A stretch of 64,000 nt of DNA, taken from the NCBI GenBank assembly GCA_000165425.1, contig CT868318.1, positions 124,001 to 188,000 of the forward strand. The letters are read 5' to 3'. Made by a program: the position numbers and the translations under genes. Source of the DNA: Paramecium tetraurelia. Taxonomy: Eukaryota. Every line of letters begins with the position of its first letter. The first letter of the stretch is position 1. The notes under the pieces are model-generated. The model was not told where the DNA came from, searched no databases, and saw nothing but the letters and a program-made list of their open reading frames with translations. Below, piece after piece: positions 27,389-40,451 of this stretch.

Positions 27389-30300
27389 TCATTATTCAAA
27401 TCTTTCAAGACTTTCCATATACATTCTATCTAAATTTTAGTTTAGTTCCTCTAAATTTTATATAACAGATTAGACCGATTGATCTTTGCCTTAAGGAGAT
27501 TTCCTTAGCATGGATTAATTCGCAGATTTTGGCTAATATTTCTTACTTAAATCACTTAACAATGCAAAATTAGTTTAACTTTTAATTGCTGAGTTTTTTG
27601 ATGGTTTTAACCAATCTGATCTTTATTTATCATAACTTTGTGATTGCAAGGATTCTTCATCATGTACAATCTAATTTAATTTAATATAACATTTACATAT
27701 GGCTTTTAGTTTGTGTTTTGATCTTCTTGTAAAACTGATGATTATAAATGTTAAACACTCTATATTAAATAATCCCTCTTTTACTACAATTAATCTATTT
27801 GATCAACTAATAATTTAAATTCTTATCCTTTAACTTCTATTCCCTCTTATAATTTCTACAATTAAATCTGAAAATTAATGATTTAATCATGACCCTAATG
27901 CATCTGGTAATGAGTTTAAGTTGATAATTCCGTAACCTTCTATTCAATTTATTTGTTTAAGGATTGCAAATTAGATTATTATATTGTATATTCTTATTTA
28001 ATGCTTTGTAATTCGATAGTGGCATCATCAATATATTGTTGTAATTTAGCTTTATCAATATTTAATTTTTTCAATTCTTTCTGCAATATATCGTAATCAT
28101 TACCCAAAAAGTCCTTTTATTTTAATTAATCCTATATCTATTTTTCTGTGTTGATTAACTGTTTTTCTATTTATAGCAATTCCTACTCTTTTTCTATAGT
28201 TAATTGTGTAACCTATTGTAAATTCTTTTTGCTCTTCAATAAATTATCTTGATTGACTTAGATCTAATATTCTAAGTTATCTAAATCTGTCCTGAGTTTC
28301 TATGATTCTTTTTTGATCTACAAATTCTCATTCTTAGTTTATTTTATTTTCTCCTTTTCAATATTTGATTCCTACATGATTTTATCATATTTTTACATTT
28401 CTTACTCTTTATCACTGATGGCACCATTTAATTATTTTAATACTTTATCAGCCTCTCTGCATAACTGCTCTGTATTTTTTAGTTTTGAATGGCAAGTATC
28501 TAATTCTTCAAGTAATTGTTTCATTTTTTTATGCTCATTTTGATATTTGATTTATAGATCCATTGTGTCTTATTCTTTTTTAGAATGCTCAAATTGCAAA
28601 TCCTCTATATCCTTGCTTAATAATCCTTTTTATGTATTCAGATATTCTATATTATTCAGAGCTCTTTGCTGATCTTCTCTAATCTAAAAACTAACTTAAT
28701 ATTGATCCTATATTCTCTATTACAGCATTTCAATCTCTTCATTTAATAACCTTATGGATTCTTCTTTCTCTGCATTTGTATCTTTGAGTCTTTCCATTTC
28801 ACCCTAAAGCTCTTAGACTTCTTCACACTAGAAGGTTAATTAAAATTATTACCAATTACTCCTATTGTCTCCCAAGTTTCGTGATCTCATCAGTTAAACA
28901 CTTTCTAGCTTCATTTTATTTTGCTCTAAATATTTTAAAATCCTCATTGGATTTAGTGAATTAAACTTCAACTTATTAATGTTACATTTTAAGTTCTTCT
29001 TTCTATTGCATAATCTATTCAAATTACTCCTCCAATTCTTTACTTATTGTTTCTTTCTCTTGAAGCAACTATGCTTTTTTATTTTCATAATCTTTCCACT
29101 TATCAGTTAATTATTGCGTTTCTAATTCAAAATCTTTGATAAATTAAGCCTTGATTACATTGAATTCTTCAATCTTCTTATATTTCTTCTCTGCTCTCTT
29201 AAATAATTTCTTTAAAAGAACAATCGATGATTCTATAGGTTTATCTTAAATTCCAATCGAATTTAGGGAATTCGTAGAAACTTTAGAATATAACTCTTAA
29301 ATTTGATCATGAATCTAAGCAGCCACTTCTTATAGTACACTTTCTTAGGGTAACAACGGTATTCTGTCTAAAACTGTTTCTAGTAGATCCACAATGCTTT
29401 GCAAAACTTACTCGATACTTCCCTACAAAGCCATTTCAAATAGAGATCTTTAACATTAAGTTAAATCTGTTTGAAGTACTGCTTGTAGTCTAACAAATAG
29501 AGAGTTAATTTTATTCAATTATTCAGTTGGCAATTTTTCCTTTGGTTGTTACTTAAATGATTCAAGCTATTGTTTTAATTCCTTCAAAGCCTCATCTGCA
29601 TCTTAACGAACATGGTAATGCTCTTCTAACTAGGATTTTAGAGAAAGAAATGCTTTGTTAGTAACCTATCTGTCTGATTCATCCTCGCTATCAGAATCAT
29701 TTTAATAGGTTTGAAGTAGACTAGAAGCTCTTTACATTTTATTCTCTATTTAGGCTATTTCAGCATCTATTTCTTGTTTTTTCAATTAAACCAGTCTAAT
29801 ATTTTGAAGTATTTGTTAATGATCGCTTGGAATTGGTTCTCCATACAATTACCTAGCAATTTCATGTTAATTGGAAATAACTTTATTGTCTAAAACTTAA
29901 AGGGTAGGAGTTAAAAAACAGAGATATTCTATGTAACTAAATGTTCTACAAAAAGGATTATCACTGATAGAAAGTATTTTCAAATTTAAAAGGGGTTTTA
30001 GGTTTAATAACTATAGAGGGTCCTTGATTTAGTTTCTCGATAACTTTACAGTCTCTAAAGTATGATTTGTTAAGCTAATCTCACTTATTTGATTGCCATT
30101 TAAATTCAAATTAATTAAAGATGGCAAAAATTCTAATCCTTGCATGGATTTGATAAAATTATCAGAGAGATTGAGTTCTTTAAGTGCTGGCAATCTCAAA
30201 TTCTCTATTTTTGTTATACTATTATGACTAAGGTTCAATTCCTATAAGAGCAATAATTAATCTAAATTTTCTATTTTCTATATAAAATATCATGATTACA

Positions 30301-30401
30301 CTCAGTTTCATAGAACGCAAAGATAATTTTGTTGTTTTAGAAGGTTCTTCCCCTTAACTTTTAATAAGTTGCTCAGTGATTTTGTTATGAGATACAAACA
30401 T
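27389..30401 (-). CDS. N-terminal SDS22-type LRR plus long coiled coil (centriolin/LRRCC1-like architecture)
   Basis: MFVSHNKITEQLIK..KIENLDQLLLLQELNLSHNSITKIENL..LNLSDNFIKSMQGL..LSISDNPFC..LQVLD (LRRcap), followed by a long Q/E/K-rich heptad region. Confidence 0.8.
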
Positions 30402-30417
30402 AAAATATAATTAAAAT

Positions 30418-31834
30418 TCAATTAAAAAGAACATGGTTGAGTAATTCTTCAATATTTTTTGTTGGCTTCGTAACTATTAGTCTTTAAGCCTTGGTGATAT
30501 TTTGATTAAGCTCGTCCTTTTCAATAATTAATTAATGCATTTATTAAACCATATCAGTATTACTTTTTTGGTTCTTTTTTAGTTTCTGCCTTAATTTGAG
30601 ATGCTTTTCAATAATGGTTTCATTTCTCTTCTCCATTTTACTAGTATAATTATTAAGTAACTCTTATTATTTTTCTTATTTTTATTGACTTAAATTTTTT
30701 AGCTTGGATTGGATATCCAATAAGCGTTGTTTCGCTTTTGTATTGCTTGATATAAGTTTCTCTTTAATATCTTAGGTCGTCGCATTTTCTCGTTCGGATT
30801 AGAATAGAGATTTTGAAGTAAGATTTTATTGAACCTTAGTTATCTTTTTATCTTATTCTTCTTTCATTTTCTGGATGGTATTTTGCATAATCGATTAATT
30901 CTATTGAGTCTATGTGGAAGTCCTTTGGATTGATTTAACGATTTTGTTGATTACATTCTGCTGTTGTTCTAATTCTTATTTTTATACTAATTCAATGCGA
31001 TCTTGACTAGAAATGCCTTATTTAAAGTGTGTACTTCTTTAAGACTTTTCCATTGTATTGAATTATAGATTAGTTCTCCGCAATTCCTCTTGATCACAAA
31101 TGTTCTTCTTTTTTTCTAGATGATAATCCTATATTTATTGAGTTTTTGAGGACATCATGACTTTGAATTTAGTTTTCGATTCTTGTAATGATTTTTGGAT
31201 TGGTTCAAATTTGGAATCGAAATCGAGACTCTTATTTAATCTATCATCCAATTCATCTTCTCTAGTTTACTTTAAGAGAGAGAGTTTCCTTTCAACAGTT
31301 GTGTTATGAGCCTTGGCTTTTTTAGAGATGGATTTCAGATTGTCCTCGACAGATTTAAAGCTTTTGTCGGTGGTTCTTTATTATTATTATTTAATAAGCA
31401 TTTCTGATTGATATAACTGCTTTAGGTCATGATCAAAGATTCGTTTGAGAAAATTGAACTGCTTCGATTGTTTTGGAGTGGTGAATACTATTTTGATTGA
31501 AGGGCCAATAATATCCCTTCTTCGATTGACTAGATTTGAGAGATTATCTAAGATATGAGTAGAGGACAAATTGAATTACCTTTCAAAAGTTGTAAATGAT
31601 TCAAATACATGACATCGACTTCATTGGGATATTGCAGAAATTCCGAGAGATTTCTTGTATGATAATTTACACATTTGTTTACTTGAGTTGACATTGTTGT
31701 TTTGTTAGATTGAGTTCTTTCATGGCTTGTTGAGTGCGAGGGGATTCGAAGTGTAGGCGCAGAGAAAGATAATTGATTTCCTTCACTAGTTGCTAGTCTG
31801 ATTTAGAATCCATTTCTGTAAAAATAGTTTTCAT
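30418..31834 (-). CDS. Uncharacterised coiled-coil protein
   Basis: MKTIFTEMDSK..LHFESPRTQQAMKELNL; 29- and 32-nt introns restore the frame; charged C-terminal half; ends ..LLNHVLFN*. Confidence 0.75.
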
Positions 31835-31856
31835 ATTAAAATATAATAATAACGGA

Positions 31857-32503
31857 ATGATCGAATTCCGCACTCCAAAGTACATTTGTTTAAAAAAAAT
31901 TGAACCTCCAGTCATCAGATACTAGCCTCGCACAATGTTTGTTAAAGTTTAGCATTTATTACAGACAAGGGGGAGTGTTGACACATCCTTGACTTTGAGT
32001 TAAACAGATGCGAAGATGCAGTCTCAGCAATCAGAAATCAGCAATCTCAGCACATTTTATTAAAGTTGTGATCAAGCCAAAGAGAACATACAATAACCAA
32101 TTATTGATGTAGTGCTCAAAAAAACTAATTCATTTCATCTTAATTCCAAAATGAGAAGCAACAACAAAATCTCAAGAATCTCCAAGAATCAATTGATGGA
32201 TGTGCTTCAAGAAATAACATCTCCCACTTAAACCAAGCGTAAATAGGTAATTTTAATTATTGTTATAAGGTTGTGAACAGAGAATGGGAGTATTCATATC
32301 GAAAACAGTAAGGGAACAGTACGTTTTTCTAATCAATGGACTCTTCTAATGAGCAGGCCACAGCTTTGCCGAAATGCAGGAGTTTCAGTATGAAACAACA
32401 ATCTACACAACAAAAGTCATAGCAATTGAAGGATATGATTGACAAAGCAATAAATAATACAAAAACATTTGATGAGTATCTATTAAGTCTTGTGAGTGGG
32501 TGA
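31857..32503 (+). CDS. Uncharacterised low-complexity protein (~207 aa)
   Basis: MIEFRTPKYICLKKIEPPVIRY...FDEYLLSLVSG*; one 23-nt intron at ~32247-32269. Confidence 0.7.
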
Positions 32504-32717
32504 ATTAATTTTATTTTTGTTCTACTTTTTGAATTTATATATTTTATTAAAACCTATATTTTCATTCTAAAATTCAATGGAGTGTAAACAATAGTAGTCT
32601 CTAATTGAAAGCACACTCACATGTAGAATGTGTAATACAAAGATATTTTTTCATTTTATCTAATTTTGAAGATAGAAATACTCAAATTCAAATAACAATA
32701 AATAAAATTTAATATAA

Positions 32718-35032
32718 ATGCATTAGCAGGATAAATAATTCAAGACTGTGAAAGTGAAATCTAACTTTCATCAGTTTCAATTATTACCCAATCGTTAAAT
32801 CAATAGATATAAAATTGAATTAACTAATTATTCTGACATTAATGCTCAAAATGCAATCACAACCTATAGATAAAAATTGACAGAAAGTTTGATTACATTT
32901 TATTGCATAAATTTCAATATTTATTCTCCTGTCAAAATTGCAACGTAAGTATTAGGAGGGTTGAATGAAGGCAATGAAGTTTAAAATGTAGTAACATTAA
33001 AGTATATTGAATCTATTGATAATGGAACTAAGCTCCAATAAATATTAGCAAAAATTGTAAAGCAAATCATTAGCACACAATAAGGGATGGTGCAGATTGG
33101 CAGAGACAAATTATTTTGGCCAAAAAAGTCTCATTCGTTTCATGAACATAAATTTGAGATTTGGGAAGGAGTGCAAATAGTGCAAAAGCAATTCGGAGTT
33201 GTAATTGATTGTGCGTATAAAATATTGAGATAAAATACTTTGCTTGATGATCTATTGATTACAAAGGAAGTGGATCGTTACGATGGAATGATAGTGATGA
33301 CCAAATACAATTAGAAATTTTATAAGGTTGATCTCATTGAAACTGGAATGTCTCCTAAAGATCTATTTATCACAGAGAATGGATAAGAAACGACTTTCAA
33401 AGAGTACTATAAACAGAGATATAATATAAAATTAACAGATAAACAGCCCTTAATTAAAACTATGTTGAAAATCAAAGGTAAATAAGAAGAGAAGGTTATC
33501 TATCTGATTCCAGAATTGTGTTAATTGACTGGTTTGAATGATACTGTTAAGAATGTATTAATCATTATCTAATATAGAATTTCTCAGTGATGAGGGAAGT
33601 AGCCAAAATAACAAAGCCAAATGCATATGACAGAATTGATTTATCAGAGAAATTTGCTAAATAAATAAATTCGACTGTCAAGAAAGGGACCGATGCCAAT
33701 CTATTAGATACATGGGGTTTGAAATTGAATAATGTATCTATGAATGTTGAAGCTAAAACAGTTCTTCCAGGAACATTAATGATGGGTAATGATCATATTG
33801 ATTTGTCCTCATAAAATCTGAACTTAGATTAGCAGACTCAAAAGAAGATGTATCAAATGCCAGATAAAAAGTTAGTATGGGTGCTTATCCACCATTACAA
33901 AGAAAAAGGACAGGAAGCAAAAAAACTGCTGTTAGAAAATATCAAACTAGCCATATCTGAATATTAATTTTATGGGTTTTACTCTTAGCCAATGATCAAA
34001 TAACTATAGGAAGAGAGAGAAAAGGCATTAATACAATTATGCGATGAAATAAAGTAGGAATGTGAATAAAAATAGCAAAACATAGAATTCATAATCTTTT
34101 TATTGCCAGGGTAGAAGAAGAATAGTCGTCTATATAGATGTGCCAAATTTATATCCTTATAAAAGATTGCTTGTCCAAGTTAGGTTGTCTTAGAAGACAC
34201 TTTAACTAAAAACACTCGTTCTATAGTTAATAAAATAATGGTTTAAATTTGTGCCAAATTAGGAGGAGTTCCATGGGCAATTGATAAATTACCTAAACTA
34301 TTTTAATAATAGCATACAATGATATGCGCAGCTGAATGTTACGATAGAATACATCAAATTAAACATTTGGCCTTTTGTTCCACAGTTGATAAAAATATGA
34401 CCAAATATCATAGTCAAATATTAAAAGGGGCTGATTACAAAGGAGACAATTTAAAGAAGTGTTTAATCGCTGCCATGTAAGTTTACAAAGAAAAAAATAC
34501 TGCTTTTCCACAAATAGTAATTATTTACAGGGATGGTGTCTCAGATGGACAAATCCCTGTGGTTCTTGGAGATGAATTTCCTCAATATGATTAGGCAATC
34601 AAATAGATAAATCCTTAAACTAAATTAATACTTGTTGTCTGCAATAAAAGAGTAGCAGGAAAGTTCTATCAAGCTGGACATAGACCTGATAATCCTGCAT
34701 CTGGAACAATTGTAGATAGCAAGGAGATTTGTGAAGGACAATAACCGAACTTTTATTTGATCTCTTAGATTACCAGATAAGGAACTTCATAGCCTACTCT
34801 TTACAAGATATTACATTCAGATTTACCTAATATCGAAGATGATATCAAGGTTCTTACTTATAAATTATGTTGGTTGTATTATAACTTTGCTGGTCCAATA
34901 AAGATACCTGCTCCTGTTAGATATGCGCATTGTTTATGTGAATTTATTGGGTCCAGATACTAAAGAAATGATAAGGATCCCTTCATTCCTGTTGAGGAAT
35001 TAGTTAAAAAAGGAGTATTATTTTACATTTGA
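32718..35032 (+). CDS. PTIWI: Piwi-clade Argonaute (Ptiwi family), ~763 aa, with non-canonical catalytic residues
   Basis: PAZ: TFKEYYKQRYNIKLTDKQPLI..IYLIPELCQLTG. MID/PIWI: CPSQVV, KIMVQICAKLGGVPW, IIYRDGVSDGQ, VVCNKRV, NPASGTIVD, LCWLYYNFAGPIKIPAPVRYAH, C-terminal LFYI*. One 23-nt intron. Paralog number not assigned. Confidence 0.96.
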
Positions 35033-35063
35033 ATAATTTAAATTTATATATGTTATTAGATGC

Positions 35064-35498
35064 TCATTCATCATCCAAATTAATTTGACTACCGAATTTG
35101 GCATATAACTTAGCTTTTAGGTTATTCATCTATTTAAGTGTCTCCTCAATTTTCTTAGTATCCTCCTCAAATTATTTCTTGATTTATACTACTTACTCAT
35201 CAATTAATGTTCTTGCCTATATTTATATAGAGAAGTCCTTACTTTTTCAACACTCACTCTAACAAATGAATCACCAAATTTGTATGGAATCTTCTCATCA
35301 TCTTCCATTAATTCCATTTCATCTTTACCATCTGACAAACGAGTTAACTCATCTTTTCGACTGCCCTATTTTTATCATTCTATACGCCTAATTCAATCGA
35401 ATAAGTTCATGATATTGCAAATTAAATCTACTAAAAGAGTTGATTTTCTATTAGTCTTGTCTATCCACTTCAATGTTGTCAGTACTTGTAAATTTCAT
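35064..35498 (-). CDS. PFDN4: Prefoldin subunit 4
   Basis: EVDRQDQQKINSFSRFN...IPYKFGDSF...LKAKLYAKFGSQINLDDE*; two tiny introns. Confidence 0.93.
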
Positions 35499-35972
35499 TA
35501 TTTATAATTTTAATGTGTTGAGTATTAATCAATTGCATAGCAAGCACCTTCAAAAAAATCAAAGGGTGGTTTACAAACGATAGAGGTTTATGTATACTTC
35601 ATTTTAAGAACGCCTCCAAGATGACTAAATCAGATAAAGTCATTCACCATCTACAACTGCTCAAGCTCCAAGATATACCTGAAGCTGAGAACAATATTCA
35701 TTACCTTGATGGTATCTTTAACAAGTATTTGGCATTCCAATACTTTTAAATGATATTAGTACCTTAAAATGGGAGATACTGATTGATTAAAGAAGATTGC
35801 CATTGAGTATACATAATACATAATTATTATCATATATTCTTCATATTTCATATTCTAGTCCAATGTTTGTAATACATCGAATTTCATGTGTGTTCTACAA
35901 CAATTTTATCTTTATTCAGACACCAATTTTAAATTATATTTAACTATTATATTTAAATTATATAACAACTAA

Positions 35973-38900
35973 ATGCTCTAACCAATTAAATGGGCCTAGA
36001 TTAGTAATCTAATATAAAATTTAAGCTAGATACTCCCTGTTGGATATTCAATGACTAAAAACTTATTCCTGGAGTTGTTCTTTAAGTGTCCCCTTTTTTG
36101 ATTAAAACTGCAGAAGGTAGTATAGCAGATTCCAAAAATGTATATCAAAGAAGTTTGGACAATTTACAAGAACTTGAAGATTTGATTGATCTATCAATTT
36201 TGAATGAAGCTGAAGTTCTTAATGCACTACACATAAGGTTTTAACAAAAAAAATTTCAAATTTTTTGTGGATCATCTTTTCTCAGTATCAATCCTATTCA
36301 GAAGGAAAACTTTAAATCTTAACTACTTTAACAAGCTACACTTAATGCTTTCCATCAAATGATTGATCTACCTTAATCAATTATTATGACTGGTGAATCC
36401 GGATCAGGTAAATCTGAGATCAGTAAACAAATTTAATTGTAACTATCAAAATTTGGAAATCTCCACACTAAATTATTGGCTTGCAATTAAATTATAGAAG
36501 CCTTTGGAAATGCAAAAACTCAGAGAAATTTCAATTCATCTCGCTATGGGAGATTTACTAAAATGCTTTTCGATAAAGAATAAAAGTTATGTGGTGTTCA
36601 TATAACTGCTGTTTCCCTTGAAAAATCACGCATCTACAACGTGCCACAAGGAGAAAGCAATTTCAACATATTTTATTAATTCTTGAATTATGGATAATTG
36701 TCAATATTTAATATCAATACAAATCAACCATAAACCTTAATACCAAATCCTTTGAATTCTAAGTAACCTTAGTAATTGTCTTAAAAAGAAGCTTAACAAT
36801 TCCAAGATACTCTTGATGCTCTCAAGCTATTTAATATCAACATAGATGTAGTTTTAGGAATATTGGCTTCAATAATTAAATTAGGTAACATTTAATTTGA
36901 AGATCATGATAATAATTGTACTATTCAAGATTAGAAATCGATTTTGCAGATAAGTCATTTACTAGGGATTTCAGATAAAGAATTAGTTAGATGCTTATGT
37001 TACAAATAGAGATAAATGTCTAAAAATGAAGTTATTGATACTCCTTTAAGTAGGATAGAATGTATAAATTAACAATAGAATGTCATTAAACAATTATATG
37101 AAAGATTATTCGAATTCTTGGTTGATTCCATTAATTTTTAAATGGCCACATAAGCAAATAAGTATCATATAAACATCCTTGATTATTTTGGATTCGAATA
37201 AAATAGTTTTAATAGCTTCGAGTAATTGATAATCAATTATTCTTAAGAAAAGATACACCAATTTTATTTGTTTGATACATTTCAAGCAGACAATAAAGTG
37301 TTCCAATAGGAAGGTTTGACTAGCAATCAAGCCCCAATAAATTATATAAATAATATACACATTTTAGAGAGTTTAGAAAGAGCTCCTTTGGGAATTTTGA
37401 ATATTTTAGATGATAGTTGCGCAGTGGCAGGAACTGATGAAACCTTTTTAACTAAAGTTAAGAATGCTTATGTGCACAATCAGATTATCACATATTCAAA
37501 ATCTTAATCTTAACCAATATTTAAGATTCGTCATTTTATAAGAGAAGTGGAATATAATGTGATTGGTTTTAGAATTAAAAATAAAGATGAGGTGAATAAG
37601 TAGTTTTAAATTCTGCTTTAAAAATCAAAGATCTAATATATATCAACAATATATTAGCAAATCATAACGTAAAAGTATGTAGGAACAGTGGCAAGGACAG
37701 AATTATAAAATATAATTGGGTCTCTAAAAGATTGCAATAACTATTTCATAAAATGCATAAAGCCAAATGATTCATTAATACATGATTAATTTAATCAATA
37801 ATTAGTGTTAAATTAGATTAAATATTCTTGTATAGTGGAATGCTTGTAGATGAGGAAGGAGAACTATGCATTCAGAAGAACTTATTAGTAATGTTACATA
37901 GAGTACTTTGGAGTGAATTAATAGAAAAAAGTAGATTAGAAGACAGTGGTTATTAACTACATTAAGAGAAACTTTGCATTTACCGATGATTAGATCTTAT
38001 TTGGTAGTCGAATGGTTTTCTTTAAATATCAATCATATAGGATTATTTAATAAGAGATAAATAAACAGAATAGTTTAAAGTAAAAGGCTGCATCAAAATT
38101 ATAGAATGCATGGATTTGCTATAAAAACAAAATGATCTTTAGAGAATTTCAATGCAGAGTTATTTATATTTAATCTCATATTAGAGGATATTTAGCAAGG
38201 TAAAGACACATTAGATATATGCAGTCTATTGTTTTTATCTAATTCAAAATAAAACAATTCTTAAAAAGGATAAGTTATAAAAGATATCTATAAGCATCAA
38301 AAGTAGTCCAAACCTATTTTAAGAGATTATGCGCTATTAAATAAATGATCGTTGAAGAACAATGTGTAATAAAAATATAGAGGTTTTTAAGATAAAAATA
38401 ATAGTATTAAGAGTAATAAGTTGAAAATGACATTAAAAAATTGTTAATTAAAGTGACAGATTAAGCTTGGAAAGTTATTGTTTATAGAGCTGCAACTAAA
38501 ATTCAGAAAATTTGGAAGGGATACATTACACGCAAAAATAATGAAGATAATATTTAATCAATTAAATTGGCAGGGTTTTTAGTTACAGCCAATTAAGCTG
38601 CTATTATAATCTAAAAATATGTCAGAAGAAATTAATAAACGAGATATTATTTATCATTAAAAGCAGCCACTGCCTACATTTAGGGATGGATTAGAAGCAA
38701 ATGGTTATCTGATCTATTTCAGAGAATCAGATATGCTACCATAGTAATTTAAAGAGGAGTGAGGAAGTATTTTAATTAATACAGAAAGTAAAAAAAGTAT
38801 GAAGACTAGATTCTGAAACCTTTGGAAAATGAATTGAACAGGATAAGAGAATAAGAATTCATGAATTTGCATGATAGCTATATTGAATCTGTTTTGGAAG

Positions 38901-40433
38901 CGGAATAGGAAAATACTCCTGGAAAAAAGATTGATTTATTTAGTTAAGTAATAGATTTAGAAATATTGACAGATGTAAGTGAAATATATGATACTTTGTG
39001 GACATCCTTATATAAAAGATGCTTTAAAGAATGCTACGAAAAGTAGAATTACACTTCTACATATTCTATAGGAGAATGTCATGCATATGTAGGTACGTTG
39101 CAAAATAAAATCTATTCTTGGGGATTGAATGATTAATTATAGCAGGGATTGCTTAAATAGAATGCAAATAAGATTAATTAAATACAATTTTAATTCAAAG
39201 TTAAATCAATTAAATCTGGAGCCAATCATGGATTGATTTTAAGTTAAGACAATGCTTTATATTCAACAGACGAAAAACAGTGTATTTTAAAGAATATCAA
39301 GTTATTTTCAGTATACAATGATGATAATGTGGCTGTTGATGAGAACAATTTAATTTATATATGGAAAAAGAAATAAAAAAAGCCAGTTGAATTGAAATCA
39401 TGGACAACATTCATCAGAATGAGTTAGATATAATAAAAGATTCAAGTCCATCAAATTTCACATGGTTTATAATTCTTTATTGTATTATCTACTAATGGAA
39501 TGATGTTCTCAATGGGGGAAAATACAGTGGGAGAATTAGGAATAAATAGAGGTCATTCGAAAAATGAATTAACCTTAATAGAGTTATCTGATAAAATTGC
39601 AGAAGTACATTGTGGAATGAAGCACACAATAGCCAAGTCCACTTTAGGGAAGGTTTACACATGGGGCTGGGGTCAAATGGGATAATTAGGACACGGGAAC
39701 CTAAAGGATGAAGCCTTTCCAAAGATGTTGCCATTTGAATCAAAGGTTCTTTAAGTGATGGCTGGTCATAAATAGTCGATTGTAATCTTGGACACAAAAA
39801 AGGTTTATTGGTGGGGGACTAATTCTTGCCTATAATACCAATAGAAACCAGTTGAATATATGACTAATTACCCAGCAGTTAGAGTATTAAGCAGTTGGAG
39901 TAGAACACTAAGTATTGTTTATATTACATTTGCTAAAACTTATAAATGTATAGATGATAACATTAAGTTGAAAAATAAAATTATCAATTAGATGGTCAGC
40001 AAGTGGAGTGAGAATGATATTTACTCTCTAGATCCTCCATATTGTGATAATCTGGCTAATTATTTCAATTAAATGAAAAAACCTTAACAGAAATTAAATA
40101 TAAAATTTGCCTCAAAAATTGAACATCAACAATTAGTTAAATAACTCTAGTAGTCTCCCTTTAATTTACTTGATGATGTCAAGGATACAAGTTGTTTTTT
40201 TAGTTTCAAGAATGAGTCGAATATATAATTGCAAAGATAGTTATTGGAACATTCTGAAAATACAGATATTATCAATTCCAAGTCTTATCATATCGATAAT
40301 TCGAATAAGTAAATTTGATATATAATTTAGACTCAAATTGCTTAAAGCTGTGAAGAAGTATCGAAATGATCCTTAATTATAGGAAATACTAAAATAATCT
40401 GAATTAAGTGATATATTATAATATATAAATTGA
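35973..40433 (+). CDS. Unconventional myosin: divergent motor, multiple IQ motifs, RCC1-like repeat tail
   Basis: LNEAEVLNALHIRF, GESGSGKSE, EAFGNAKTQRNFNSSRYGRF, LEKSR, ILDYFGFE, NSFEQLIINY, FIKCIKPN. IQ motifs IQSHIRGYLAR, IQKIWKGYITR, IQGWIRSK. RCC1-like YSWGLND, VHCGMKHT..GKVYTWGWGQMGQLGHG, AGHKQS. The stop at 40433 assumes a last 22-nt intron (alternative stop ~40318). Confidence 0.92.
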
Positions 40434-40451
40434 TTAATTTAAGCAATCGAA

